Below are positions 1 through 13,289 of a DNA stretch of 64,000 bases, piece after piece. Below the pieces are notes generated by a model. The model saw only the letters and a program-made list of their open reading frames with translations, was not told the origin of the DNA and did not search any database. Within the stretch, counting starts at the first letter, position 1, and each line of letters opens with the position of its first letter. Made by a program: the position numbers and the translations under genes. Source of the stretch: Lytechinus pictus (Eukaryota); the NCBI RefSeq assembly GCF_037042905.1, contig NC_087245.1, positions 31,126,001-31,190,000 of the forward strand, in the 5' to 3' direction.

Positions 1-1137
1 CTGTGGAAGAATATTCTTTCTTTTTTTTGCCATTGTGATATCTTGCATTAGCATTACAAAGGAGGGAGGAGGTATAAATGGAAATGTGTGACATTTATTT
101 TGTTAGAATCAAAATGCATCTAACAGGGGGAGTTCTTACACTGTGCTGTGCTACAAGCAAAACCTAAATAAATGGAATATAATGTGTGCAGAAATTCAAT
201 ACCATTGATAGATTCAACTAGAATTATTTTATACTATACCATGTGTCATTCAATAAAAGCATAATATCAACACTAATAGAAATAGTGAAAATGAACAAAA
301 GAAATATCAGCACAGCAATCAAGACATGCAAAGCAAACTTAAAAGCAAAATACAACAAGTATTACACCTTGAAAACAACTTATATGGATCCACGAACAAG
401 TCACTTATATATAGAAAGATAATCATTTCCTGTACAGAAACTGTTTTGATTACATAATCTTCCAGATTTCAGTGAATGAGAAAATATACAGTTTCAACAT
501 ACTGATGAATATGACTAAAAATAAAAAAATGTCAATAAAGAAGTGATAAAATCAAGTTACTGAAAGTTTCATTATCATTGATTTCGAAGTGTTGTTTTTA
601 AACACTTTGATCATTTTCTTGAATTTTAAACCAGATAACAAAAATAATATGACAAGGGAATGGAAATAAAGGAAATACTGAATAATTATTTTTGTAGCTT
701 GAAAACTATGGCAAACTTGTGAATCAATGTTTTTTTTTATGTTTAATCATGATCAAAAACAAAATAAAGTCTTATTTCATTACTTGGATATTCATCACTT
801 TACCATTATACTATTGGTAAATCACGAGCTAAAACTTAAGAAATTTGGCAACAACAATTAAAACAATTTTTCTTCCATCTGTTCTATTTTTGCTTGTTTG
901 GATAGAGGTTTCGAGGGGTTGTCGTTTTGGGTTTGTTTTGTTTTGGGGAGGGGATGTACTAGCATGACTAATGGCCAATTTTCCTTTCAATAGCTATTCA
1001 GTGGTGGCATATCACTATAGACTAAAGTACACAAATCTGTGCTGGAAAATGGTGCTTAATAATTATAAAAGCACAAAACAATAATATGTCAAACCGAATC
1101 TACACGGCTCTATACTCTAGAGTGGAATGTATCTCCT

Positions 1138-1270
1138 GGGCCCTGTAACATGAAGCTTAGCGATTGATCATTGGGCTGATTTCTATGATTGATGGCACTG
1201 ATTATTGTATGTGATTGATCATATAATTCAGCACAACGATCAATCACTAAGCTTTGTGATACCGGGCCCC
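1138..1270. mobile_element. Small palindromic MITE
   Basis: GGGCCC...AAGCTTAGCGATTGATC and GATCAATCACTAAGCTT...GGGCCC inverted arms. Confidence 0.55.
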
Positions 1271-2186
1271 ATAGATTTTGAACATGTTATCATTCTGTGT
1301 CTTTACTTCTCAGCAAAAATGGTGTGAAGTGCCTTGCATGAGCGAAACACGAGTTCTAACTACATGTACTTTCAACCTGAACTAATGCAAGCTCCTCATC
1401 TTCAGATGAGGAAATAAAAATTACGAAAATGCACTGTTCTGTTAAAAAGAATGGTCATTGTATTGTAATCCAATTAGGGCAACGATGGCAACTTGGTTTT
1501 CTTAAGATAGGGGAGGCTAGGTCTAATTGACCATATACTACCCTGTCACAGACATGCTGGAAAATTGCTACATCTGAATGTGTATCTAATTATTATTGTT
1601 TTAAGTGGCAACTTAAATGCATTAATGACCAAGTCCAAATTATGTTCACTTCCAAGGTGTTAATGAAAGGCTTTTATTAAGTCTGTTTTAATGAAATGAT
1701 CTCTGTACATGCTTCTAAATGTATTATTCTAATTTGAGATTGCAGTAAAATTTAGAGGTGGTATGTTGTGACCATAAGCTTGGACCTGGACTAAAGTAAA
1801 TCTACCAAGTGTCATTTTCATAAACTTTTTTCCCCCTTTCATGCAGCTTTAAGGCAAAAAATCTATGGCAAATTATTCAGCAAGCATGGGATCGCTACAA
1901 CAAAGGAAATTGCGTTGTGCAATGAAAATGGTGAAAATTGTGAAGAGTGCTGGGGAATATCGCTGAGACAAAGGACATTGCTTTGTGAAAAGAAAAGGGT
2001 GAAAATGCTGAGGAATTGCCAAAACAAAGCAAATTATTGGTGCAAAAAAACAAATTTAAAACTGCCGAGGAACTGCTAAAACAAAGGAAATTGCGTCGTG
2101 CAAAGACGATGGTGCAGATTCTGAGGAGTGCATCGTCATGGCAACAGGCAGGAATAAAGGGGTAAAAATTGATTGTTTGGGGTCAC

Positions 2187-2243
2187 CTTCCATTCCTTCC
2201 AAGGCTTCTCCAAGTCTCTCAACAGGGACATCACCTGATGATT
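2187..2243 (-). CDS. Probable twitchin-like linker exon (ESSGDVPVERLGEALEGME)
   Basis: CTAAC branch-like site and accacag acceptor (alternative in-frame AG 9 nt downstream); GTGACC donor; phase 1 to 1. Confidence 0.6.
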
Positions 2244-3839
2244 CTGTGGTTGAGGCGACGTTTGTTAGAAACATTAATTGATCATAAAGTATAGAGACTT
2301 GACATTAACCTATTAAATGTAGTAATAAACCAACTAAGAACTGGAAAGTTTGGAGGCAAAGGGTACAATTTTTCATTTTAATCCAAGCTTGCTGTTGGAA
2401 GCTTAATAAAAGCCGATAGATAGAAAAAAGACTATCCCCTTTAAAAAATGTATACGCCTCTCGGTTAAGAGATAAACTATTTCTCCTGAAATTAACCTTT
2501 AGAGCAAGTGATATCAAAATATCTATGAACTTCAGTAAGGCTTCCATAAAGGCTTCCAAATTTAATTAACAACTTCAAATAACACAAATCAATGAAGATA
2601 TTCAGTATGAATTTTCTTGAACAAAGCTTCAGTTAAGATTTTCCAAATGTTACCCTTTGCCTCCAAATTGTTTATTTAGTTTATATAATTACAACTGTTT
2701 AGATGGCACATATGAACAAAACAACAGATTTTAGGTACTTTTTCACAAACATAACCACTAACCACTAACTTCAACTTATCCATTGGGTTCAACTGAAGTT
2801 AGCTGCTTCTCAAATCGATTATTTCCACATTGTTAGTTGAAAATCAGTAAGAGTATGATTTGAAAAAAAAAAAAATATATGTTTATGCACATCTTCAAAT
2901 TTAAAGACTTACTATATTCTTCCCTTGTCATGCCTGTATCGCCTTTTATATTGTACGGACAAAAACGTATTTTGTAAGCCAATATGAAAAGGAAATTTGT
3001 TGTACAATTTTTGACAAAAACTATATGAAATGTTATGCAAAGTATACATCCAAAGTTATAATATAGAGCTAATATAAAGCAATTAATAATTTGTTCAGCA
3101 TGATGATAACAAATGTAGATCTATGTAGACTCAATAATAGTATTATCATAATAGCTTTTGCAATGGTGGTTGAGCTTAATATAATAGTGAAGCATCATAC
3201 ATTATTATTATTATAGCTGCTAAATCTACGGAATATGCAAACTAAGATTGCCTCTCATGTTAATGGGAAAAATAAATTCATAAAAAGAAAGTTGTAAATG
3301 CTGATTACGGATCATGAAGCCATGCGTATAGTTGAGATATCAAAACAATTGTTGATTAAATTAGATGAGCTACACCACCATCACAAAGCGACCTGAAGAT
3401 CTTTACAACATTAAAAGCATTATAATATCAAACAGGTGAAACGCTTTTTCACAATTGCTGTAAAAAGAAATATACAAACATGATACAGATAATCATTTTC
3501 TATATTATCAAAAGAATTTTATTTCCTAAAGAAAATGTATTTCCTGAATCAATGAATTTCAAATGATATCACATGGAAATATCTCTATTTTGTCAACAAA
3601 TTCAAAGCTTCAATTAGGCTCTGATTCCTTTGGGATTCATAAATTTATTACGTTGTTACAAGCTTATTGTTTCTGATCCTGTGGTAGTTAGCCATAATGA
3701 CAGTTACCATAATTGTAAGTTCTTTATGAAATGGGCCAAAGAAAAATGAAGAAAGCATAGCTAAGAAGATTTGTGAGACAACATCCAAGAAGTTGTAAAA
3801 GAGAGAGTAAAGTTTTAGTGAGAATGACTGTGATCTTAC

Positions 3840-3973
3840 CTGCAAACTCCCAGTCTGTAGCACTTTCTGTTCCTGGGGTAGCTTGGGAACCGATCACCTC
3901 CTCAACACCGGGTGGTGCGGACTCGACACCCTGCTGACCAGATGGGGTGATGGCCTCTTCAACCGGCTTTTTA
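3840..3973 (-). CDS. Twitchin-like linker exon (KKPVEEAITPSGQQGVESAPPGVEEVIGSQATPGTESATDWEFA)
   Basis: ctctgcag acceptor, GTAAGA donor; phase 2 to 1; PEVK-like composition. Confidence 0.8.
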
Positions 3974-4911
3974 CTGCAGAGATGTAGGGGGAAGATACAA
4001 CAAAGCATCATGTTAGCCCAGACGCCCATTTTATATAGAGTTACAACTCTTGTAACTTTGCCGTTATGGGGAGTTTCATGTAAGAGAGCTCAGCAGTCAT
4101 TCACAATCAATGATTCCATGGTAGTTGCCATAATGGCAAAGTTACGATTGTTGTAGCTCTTTATGAAATTTGCCGATGGGGTGTACCTACTTCATCAAGA
4201 TACAGAATGTTATTGTCAACAACCATATTCACAGTTTAGCTCCTTTATTTACAATAACTCTTTCAATTACAATGTAATTACCAAGGAGTTATCACCACGC
4301 CAAAGCAATCACATCAAACAACGATTCCATGAGAAAGTGTCAATATTGAGGTAAATTTTCACCATAGTATCATAGATTCAGATCTAGCACATTTACGTGA
4401 ACCCATCTTTGTGAAATCATACAATCTAAGCTGAGAAGCTTTTAGTCACACTGGAGATCACCATCACAGACAAGCACATGTGGGACCATGATTATTACTG
4501 TTTAGAAAGAGACCGGCAGGAATACCATTCTTTCTTGTCTTGCTCATTTCTCAGCAATTACGCAGTTTTATACTAGAGTCATTAGGCACACATCTTTTAT
4601 TCATACATACAAACACATGGGTGGTCATTTTATTGTTGTTTTCTTCTATTGTTGTTTATTTTGTTTTCTTCCAACTCATTTTGAGATATCTACCGTAACT
4701 TGGATTTACCTTTAAGCCACCTACATGTATGTTTGGGGGATTAAATATGGTGACCACATCAGACTTCGAAAAAAAATCCTCTTAAGTTGATGGACGGAAG
4801 ATGAAAACAAGGTCTTTTGACACACAAGTACATCATAACTACTTGAAAAGATATCTTGTTGATCACTCTACATCCAAACAGAAATTATATTTTAATAAAT
4901 TTCATACATAC

Positions 4912-4942
4912 CCTGGCTTGCTCTTGCCTGGTTCAAGTGAGT
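4912..4942 (-). CDS. Twitchin-like micro-exon, 31 nt (DSLEPGKSKPG)
   Basis: T-rich tract plus acag acceptor, GTATGT donor; phase 1 to 2 bridges the neighbouring exons. Confidence 0.75.
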
Positions 4943-5445
4943 CTGTAAAAAAAAAGAAATTACCACAAAATAAGTATGAGAAGAAAAAAAAACATGATAA
5001 AAATTGTTATCGATTTGCCATCAGCTGTATTTTCTCATCCCATTACGTGGATAAAGATGGATTATCAATTTGGGAGAGTCTATGGGATTTTATCTGATTT
5101 CCAGCTTTAAATCTCATTTTCAACGAAGAATGGTGAAACATAATTGGATTCTCATAGGGACTATGAGGCAATGTCACTACAGTCCCTCCACAATTTATGC
5201 AAGAATAATTTACCTCCCCTTATATTATCCATTCCATTATCACCAAACTATCTTTACTACAAATACCAATATCACAAATACACCACTATCACCACAACTA
5301 CCTCCACCAATTTCCGCCCTCTACCACTGCAACTATCAATATTACCACATCGTATTTTCCCAGTAACCGACTTCTACAACAGCCATGCACAATCAACCCC
5401 CCCCCCCCCATTACCACAACTATTTCTAGTTCTAAAACAGAACAG

Positions 5446-5602
5446 GTGAGCGTTTCATCAACAATTTTGTCCGACAAGTTGTCAGATCTGACAACTTTCC
5501 TTGATTTTGATTGGCTGAGAGGCACTGTTCCTATGGTAATTGTCGGATAAAATGGGACTTGTCAGATGAAACGTCCAACAAGTCCTTTCATGAAACGCTC
5601 CC
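5446..5602. mobile_element. Harbinger-like MITE next to a splice donor
   Basis: GAGCGTTTCAT...ATGAAACGCTC TIRs; CAG/CTG flanks. Confidence 0.65.
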
Positions 5603-5612
5603 CTGAACTCAC

Positions 5613-5779
5613 CTTCAACAAAGACTGCGGACACAGACTTCGTCTCTCCCGCAGCGTTAGACGCCACAACACTGTAGTCTCCTGTATCTTCTGGCAGGAC
5701 ATCCAAGAGTTCCAGCAGATAGAGTTCACCAGCCTGACTCGTCCTGATTTCCTTGCTTTCCTTGATTTCTTTGCCATCT
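5613..5779 (-). CDS. Twitchin-like exon, end of Ig6 (DGKEIKESKEIRTSQAGELYLLELLDVLPEDTGDYSVVASNAAGETKSVSAVFVE)
   Basis: gatttcag acceptor, GTGAGT donor; phase 2 to 1; EDTGDY motif. Confidence 0.92.
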
Positions 5780-6625
5780 CTGAAATCAACAGGAACATAC
5801 TCAATGATCACTATCAATCAATCTTTTGAAAACCACACAGAAAAGGAGTCCGCTTCACAAACGAGCGAAGATCACAGTAACTTTGCCATTATGGTAACAG
5901 GGTTCGGCATCAATCATGGATTCCTTTGTATAGAGTGATTTTTTATCCTTTTTTTAAGTATTGGCATAACAGTACCAGTGGCACAGAAACATCATTAGCA
6001 CTATTAAACAAAGGCCCTGTTACAACCAGGAATGTCGCAGCAATGTATAATGTCACAACAACGTCTTGGATTTACATCTTGGATCTATGTTTGACATCAC
6101 AATTTAAAAGATGTTACTGGGCCTACCGTTAATGCTCTGTTAGCGCTCTTAGAGCAATGTTTCAGTGCGGCCAGTACAGGCAGGTATGGTAGGCCATCAA
6201 CATTACACTGTGCAAAAAGACAGTGGCCTACTCCTAAACAACAAATATTTCTCTCTTTTTTTTTCATTATAATGTGAAAGTTTTATTTTCTCCCTAGATA
6301 TGTGGAATTGAGATTGGTGTAATATAATGTGATTGAAAGAGTCTCCTTACTGTCAAATCTGCAAAAAACTTGATATGTATCATTGTATAATTCATACAAT
6401 AAAACACAAATTAGTGAGTCACATTGGCTCTCTCACTTGCATATCACTGTGATGTGCGCACAACTGTTTTGTGAATAATAAGCATGATTTTAAATGTCAT
6501 AATTTCTTACTTTACTTCAAATTTTGACAAAAAGTGTCGCGTTATGCTTCTTTGATATTCCCTTTTTATTCTTATCAATTTTTTGTTGGGGTAATAATAT
6601 ATAATAATATAAGACATCAACTCAC

Positions 6626-6699
6626 TTGTACCAGGTGACCTTGGTTGGGCTGCCGGTGATCTTGACACGAAGACTGACACGGCTGCCATCTTTCACATC
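6626..6699 (-). CDS. Twitchin-like exon, part of Ig6 (DVKDGSRVSLRVKITGSPTKVTWY)
   Basis: ccccacag acceptor, GTGAGT donor; phase 0 to 2. Confidence 0.88.
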
Positions 6700-8073
6700 C
6701 TGTGGGGTCAATATACACACTCAGGGGTCACGACAAGGGAAGGGTGATCATGGGTAAGGGGCACATCACGAGTGATCTGATGACCACAGTAGATTTGATT
6801 GACAAAATACTCCTTATTGCCCCAAGATCTACCAGGAGATATGCCAATTCATAGGTAAGGATTGGCTGCTATCAAGCAATGAGCTTGGTCTTGGTTCTGA
6901 GATTCATAAACAATCAGATTCAATATGCTTGGTTAAAAAAAATAATAATTCCAACTGAATCACAGTGAAGACATAGTTTTCATTTCATTTTGAAAAGAGT
7001 GATTCCTACACAAGCAATTTTGCCTTCCAGTAAGAATGGAATTGTAAAATGTTACATCAACCACCATCTTATTACTTTCACTTTTTTACTTTTTTGTTGA
7101 GAAGGATTTAAGTTTGAATTGTATACTCACTTAAATTATATACTAGCTAATGTTTGTACCTTTTTGCATCATGTTATTTAAGGTTTATTTGTAGAATTTG
7201 TTGATATGAACGGAGTATTTTGTAAATCATTTCTACTGGATCATGCATATGACGGTTGCACAGAGTCAGGATATCAGTCCAATATGAGGGAAAGATGTTC
7301 ACAATTATGTGAGCCACCATGAATTATATGTCCGGCAAACACTTGGTTGAAAATATACTTTATAATATGTGATGAGTATACACATGAATTCATGGACTAC
7401 ATGTTTATTCAATATGGAATGTGAATTTGAATGGAATATGATGAGGGCATTTAAGGGACAACAGCAAAATCATGTAATTCATTTTCAATGAAGAAAGGGA
7501 AACAAGTGACTGGTGAATATATATCTTGCTATGAAGTGTTTAATCTAGATGGGGATGATAACATGTCAAGGGTCAGATATACATATATGGGTTGATATGA
7601 ATCTTCTGCTATCACACATCAATAAGAGTATACTGAGAAAACACTGATAAATGAATGTTGATAATAAAAAATAAATGCAGGGAATAACCAATCCAATATA
7701 TGTTTCTAAAAACAAAGAAATAATCAAATCAGTCTTAATGATTTTTTCTCTCAAGTTTGAAAGACTATGATTCAATGGAATGTACTGATTTCTATACAAC
7801 ACTAGTCCCTACTTTTCAATTGATTTGCTTTCCTTGAAAAGCATTTGACAAGGTTTTTCTCTGAAATAACATGCTATTGCTTATAATCATCATGACTATA
7901 TAAAAATGAAGTGGTGTGTATGGGGCGTGCTAATGGGGGAAATCTTGTGGGGGCCACTTGTGCTATACACATTCCAAGCCCCTCAATCCGGGGACTTGGT
8001 AAACATCGGCATGTGAACGTGTACAGGGCGCACAACTGACCCCCAACCCTTCCTCAAGGAGGGCGGTACAGAC

Positions 8074-8318
8074 CTGGTCTTTGAGCTCTTCGATGACCAC
8101 TGGTTTCTGAGGGGCAGCCTCTTCAATGAGCGGAGTGACTGCCTCGGGGCCCTCGCTTGTGACCTCAATCTGTTGGTCAAGCTCACCACCGAGCTGGATG
8201 GCCTTGCCGAGTTGGCCAAGGTCTAGCTCGATGAGAGGTTCCCCGAAGTCAATCTGCATTGAGGGCTCCACCTCCGGTAGCAGGTTGAATTTCTTGGGAC
8301 CAAACTTGGATCCAGGAG
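8074..8318 (-). CDS. Twitchin-like exon, acidic linker plus start of Ig6 (PGSKFGPKKFNLLPEVEPSMQ...PQKPVVIEELKDQ)
   Basis: ctctccacgcag acceptor; CAG/GTCTGT donor, phase 0, matches the next exon. Confidence 0.82.
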
Positions 8319-8734
8319 CTGCGTGGAGAGACAAAAAGAGATGCAGACAGAGGATCAAAAACTTCATTCAGATAGGATGCATTGAAGCAATAAAAGTTGC
8401 ATTTTAGAAAGATTTTCAGTGCAACAGATCTTAGTAGCTTCAACTCGGGTCTCAGTAAATGAATTTATAGTAGATGTGTAAAAACACCTTGTGCAAAATC
8501 GTGTTTGTTTAACATGATTACCTTTCATTATTAGGCTCAAATATATTCAGAAAAGTTTGAAGCTATCAAGTTAGGCAAGAGTATAAGTGTCTGTACACCA
8601 ACACTACGAGTAACAAAGCTTCCAAAAACTCAATGGATATCCAATACATAAATAGACAATGTAGTTAGAATGGTTATTTTGTTGGCTTGGGAGGATTAAG
8701 TTGTATAGGATAAGAAACAATTCCATTCAAATTA

Positions 8735-8985
8735 AAATAATAAAACATTTACATAGTGCTTAATACAATTTTTAAGTGGTGCATGCTACTACCCCAGCTT
8801 TAGCACCGCTACCTTATCAGGTTGAGCATTCAAGAAATTCCTTCCTACTGGGTACCCATTTACCACACCTGGGTGGAGAGTGGCAAATGTACATAAACAC
8901 CTTGTCAAAGGATGAGAGTTCTAAGATGGGATTTGAATCCCATACCTCATAATTCAAAGTCTAGAGACTTAACCACAGAGCCAAA
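8735..8985 (-). mobile_element. Diverged tRNA-derived SINE of the same class
   Basis: GGGTACCCATTTAC...CACCTGGGTGGAGAG and GGGATTTGAA B-box remnant. Confidence 0.6.
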
Positions 8986-9024
8986 ACACCTTTTCATTAA
9001 CAAGATCTTGCAATTCATACTGAC

Positions 9025-9150
9025 CTTGCTCAAACTTGAGGTTGATGGTGGATGTGGCCTTGCCATTCTCGTTTTCTGCAACCACTATGTAGTTTCCTGA
9101 GTCGGTGTTGGAACCATTGTTCACCTCAAGGGTCAGAAGGTATACTTTAC
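9025..9150 (-). CDS. Twitchin-like exon, second half of Ig5 (KVYLLTLEVNNGSNTDSGNYIVVAENENGKATSTINLKFEQ)
   Basis: tcctgtacag acceptor, GTCAGT donor; DSGNY motif; phase 1 to 1. Confidence 0.9.
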
Positions 9151-9339
9151 CTGTACAGGAAATTAAAGATGTGTAGGATGAGTTTTCATAATCTCATAAA
9201 AGAATCACTAAAGACAACTCTTAGGGCATATTGCAGCATGGAGATAGATGATAAGAAATATCAGGGGAATTTAATCTTTAGGAGCAAAAGGATTCTTCAA
9301 GTCATTCTTTTGCAAACAGCTTTGAATGAGAAATATTAA

Positions 9340-9929
9340 AGGACAAGTCCAACCCAACAAAAAGTTGATTTGAATAAAAAGAGAAAAATCCAACAAGCAT
9401 AACACTGAAAATTTCATCAAAATCGGATCTAAAATAAGAAAGTTATGACATTTTAAAGTTTCGCTTAATTTCACAAAACAGTTATATGCACATCCTGGCT
9501 GGTATGCAAATGAGGAGACTATGATGTCATCCACTCACTATTTCTTTTGTATTTTATTATATGAAATATGAAATATTCAAATTTTCTCCTCATTGTTAAG
9601 TAATACGATTAATTCCTCCCTGAACATGTGGAATTAGTATTGTTTAATACTATATATGGTTAAGTCAAGTTGGTCCTTATTTTCAAATCTATAAAATATG
9701 AAATATTATATAATTCAAACACTAAAAAAACAAAAGAAATAGTGAGTGATGGACATCATCGACTCACTCACCTAGTTATGCATATCACAGTTTGTGAAAA
9801 ATAAGCGAAACTTTAAAATGTCATAACTTTCTTATTTTACATCCGATTTTGATAAAATTTTCGGCACTATGCTAGTTCGATTTTTCTCTATTTATTCAAG
9901 TCAGCATTTTCCTAGGGTGGACTTGACCT
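9340..9929. mobile_element. Kolobok-like non-autonomous palindromic element (family A, copy 1)
   Basis: AGGACAAGTCCA...TGGACTTGACCT termini, long imperfect TIRs, TTAA on both sides. Confidence 0.85.
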
Positions 9930-10289
9930 TTAATTATGAAAAATATTGAAAATTATGTATCTCCAAGATATATAAGCTCATTTTGAATGTGTTGGTCATC
10001 CAAAATAAGTTGTTCCAAATTCACAGAATGGTCTTAAAGCATTACAGCATCAAAGATAAATACGATTAATTATCTCTTTAAATAGTTTTTTTTTTTCCAA
10101 ATTGTAAATGTGTTGGTCTTCCAAAATAAATTGTTCCCAAATCATACATTAGTCTTAAAGCATTAAAGGATGCTTTTTATGATTTTTTTAATATGACGCA
10201 TGTGATTTGTATTATACTGTACATATTACATAACTGTACATATTGTTTTTTGTACAAAAGAACAATTCAGTTGCTATAAACACGTAATC

Positions 10290-10516
10290 ACAATATCAGG
10301 GGGGTCTACATTATACAAGCTCTGCTTTTCAGTTGGCCCTCCCTCCCTTTCAATTATTTATATTTTAATTTGATAATTGTATAATGTAATGTTATAATGT
10401 TATCAATTTTTGTCTATACTTCAAATGTGATTATATGTTACTATGTCAAGTGTATCATAATTGTAAATATGATATTGAATTGAAAGTGGAAATAAAACAA
10501 TTGAATTGAATTGAAT
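10290..10516 (+). mobile_element. LINE (CR1/L2-like) 3' end
   Basis: GGGGTC...TACAAGC...GCTTTT stem followed by AATAAA and an (ATTGA)n tail; similar tail at 29330-29520. Confidence 0.5.
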
Positions 10517-10649
10517 TTTTTTTTTTTAAGATAAAAAATGAAATACAATTAATCATCTCGAGAGATCGGTTGATTTTCAAGGTGCTGGTCCTCCAACATC
10601 AATCGATCTTGAATCATTGATCTGTCCGACTGAATATAGCTGAACTCAC

Positions 10650-10838
10650 CCTTGGTTTGAGATCTCATCCTGTACTTCTTGTCCTCTTTGATTTCCCTGT
10701 CATTGTAATGCCACTTGATGTTTGGCTTTGGATCGCCCATCAGCTTGACCTCAAAGACTACTCTACGACCCTGATCCTCCTGCTTGATGGTTGGCTTCTC
10801 AATAAATGTTGGTGCACCCTCTCTGCTGGCATCTTTGA
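10650..10838 (-). CDS. Twitchin-like exon, first half of Ig5 (KDASREGAPTFIEKPTIKQEDQGRRVVFEVKLMGDPKPNIKW...QTK)
   Basis: ttcttccag acceptor, GTGAGT donor; phase 1 to 1. Confidence 0.9.
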
Positions 10839-11247
10839 CTGGAAGAACAGAGGAAATGAGAGAAGTTATTCAATAGTTAGGAGCTTTCCTCGCATTAAGT
10901 GCAAGTTTAATAAGAATACACTTCATTTCATCACTGAATCAATAACAAAGGGTGAAACTGTTGCAATGCTTAGAAAACCTGATGCCTGGCTTTTACAAAA
11001 TTTGATATTTCTCTTAACATACAATAAAACTACGCTTCATCATATGCTGTGGAACTCTAAGAAATCTCATTTACTTATCATGCACTGTATTCTTTTGTAA
11101 AGCCTCTCAGCAATTCAAAAGGTGAAATTTCCTGTATTGTTATACAATTTTGTCATCTTATGACTAGAAATACTTCTGCAAATAGTGAAGAAGTTTTAAA
11201 GTCACCCGAATTGTAAAACACAAAGAGCACAAAAAAGTAGTATTTAC

Positions 11248-11546
11248 TGTCAAAGTTCAAGTTAATGGTCGCATGGGAGTCTCCGGCATTGGTGGCTGCA
11301 TAGATCACGTAGGTGCCTCCGTCCTTGGGTGTGACTTTGTCTATCGTCAAGGTCAAGGTGTACCTCTTGCCAGCTGCTGCCTTCTTGATGGCAAAGCGTC
11401 CTCCATCTTGGATGGCCGTGTTGCCGAGGCTCCAAATGACCTGGGGGTCTTGTCCAGATTCAAGCACAGCCTCGAAGGTGAGGGTGTGGCCGTTGTTGCT
11501 CTGGCGCATCGTTGGATGTCCGACAAACGTTGGTCCCCCAGCAGTT
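11248..11546 (-). CDS. Twitchin-like exon, Ig4 (TAGGPTFVGHPTMRQSNNGHTLTFEAVLESGQDPQVIW...DGGTYVIYAATNAGDSHATINLNFD)
   Basis: ORF 11153..11509; tttccaatag acceptor, GTAAAT donor; phase 2 to 1. Confidence 0.92.
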
Positions 11547-12207
11547 CTATTGGAAAGAAACAGGGGAAAAAATAAATTAGCTCTTGCTCATGAGATCTCT
11601 TGATTGAATCTGAACTTTTGAAATAGAATGGACACAAAGAGCAAATTTTAAAATAGAGTGAGGCACTGATACCAATTTTTTTAGATATAGCTATATTATT
11701 GATATGTTCAATAGGAGTTTCTGAAAATAAAGGATGGAAAATAAATAAATATGAATGCATCACTTGCATCCCATCTGGATCTGCCACTATCTGGAATTAG
11801 ATATTTCTTCAACACTGTACAAAAAATATGATATAATATTTGAATTACAGGGGATAGACAATTAGAAAATAATAATCAACATTGTTCTAATAAAAAAATA
11901 TGTTAGAACCTGATTTAGCTCTCTTATGCACCCCAAATTTCCATGAAACCAAATCTGAATTTCAATGTGTTTCCTTGATAATTGAATTATTAAGGCAACT
12001 ATTACTGCATCTGCAAACATTTCACATTAATCATGCTATGGCCTTTAAGTCATTTAGATCTATTAATCAGATGACTTAATTGTTTTATCACAATTTTATT
12101 GATTAACTTCAATTTCTTTTAATTAAATTGTTACTTTTTGTGGATTATAATTTCATAACTTTAATTATCATAAACAAATAGTATTTCAATTCATCTACAA
12201 CACTTAC

Positions 12208-12235
12208 GGTGCTTTAGCTGGTTCTTGTCCACTTC
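12208..12235 (-). CDS. Twitchin-like micro-exon, 28 nt (GSGQEPAKAP)
   Basis: ttccttttccag acceptor, GTAAGT donor; phase 1 to 2 is required by the next exon. Confidence 0.8.
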
Positions 12236-12992
12236 CTGGAAAAGGAACAAAATAATATTTTTTGTTGAATATGAATAAAATAAACAGTTATCTAACGTTG
12301 TACAATATAACTGTTCTTTTAACATATCTTTAAATGATTTCTTTTACTGTTAAATTGACTTGAGTTGAAATGAAAATAAACCAAACTGAACTGAAAATGA
12401 ACTAAACAAAAATGAAAAAGAGTAGAAAATAATACTTTGGATTATTTCTTTCTGGAAATAAAACAGATCTCACCAAAATTTAGACATTTTAATTATATTT
12501 AGACCTAAATAAGATGTACAGTAGATCTAATCTAAATACCGGACGACATATGCAGGATCAAAATGTCATTTTTAAAAGGTGATTCGAGCAATCCAAATTC
12601 ATTAGGGTTAATGGGCATGGAATTCTTTACAGAATTTCAAACACTGATTGAAGATGTTTCTTATCCATCAAAAACCTAACATACAATGCAAACATATAGA
12701 TAACTGTTTCAAGACGATAAGATTTTCTTTAGCCTAAACTGTGTTTAAGAAATCAGGTCATGTCTAGTCCATTTCTTTATAAATTCATTAGCAATGATTA
12801 CATACAATTTTATGAAATACTAATCACAGCAAGCCAACCAAAATACTCTAGATTTTCCATGAGTCGTAAAACAAAGACAACAAATCCTCGCTCTCAATCA
12901 CGCTATTTCCAATGTTGACAACGTAAACATCACAAATCAGAGCACATCGGACTACACGCAGCAAATTGGGCAATCCCACAACCAAATTTCAC

Positions 12993-13289
12993 CTTCAAAA
13001 TTGAGTGTAATCGTCGAGCTGGCTTCTCCAAACTTGTTCTTGGCTTGGATTTCATATTTTCCAGCGTCTGCATCAGCTGCGTCTTTGATATCGAGGTAGA
13101 TAGCGTAGTAATCGCCATCTTCTTGAACGTCGATTTTGATTCTGCCGCCAGCTTTGACAGCGGTGCCGTTCTTGAACCAGTTTAGGGTCGGCTTCGGGTC
13201 GGCTTGGAGTTCGCATGTGAATTGGATCGTTCCGTCTGGTTGTTGCTTGATCTTTGGTGCCATGGTGAACTTGGGTGCTCCTCCCGGTT
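12993..13289 (-). CDS. Twitchin-like exon, Ig3 (PGGAPKFTMAPKIKQQPDGTIQFTCELQADPKPTLNW...DAGKYEIQAKNKFGEASSTITLNFE)
   Basis: ORF 12952..13263; AG/GT boundaries; phase 1 to 1. Confidence 0.93.

Noticed and set aside
1..20. Minus-strand acceptor-like TTCTTCCACAG at the window edge
   Set aside because: Plausibly the next twitchin-like exon, but the exon lies outside the window and cannot be verified
1770..1787. Possible 18-nt symmetric micro-exon (VQVQAY) on the minus strand
   Set aside because: The donor GTCACA is weak and there is no independent support
9271..9534. Similar ORFs repeated at 9271, 24096 and 35362 (…CHNFLIL.PILMKFSVLC…)
   Set aside because: Chance ORFs in copies of the same non-coding Kolobok-like element
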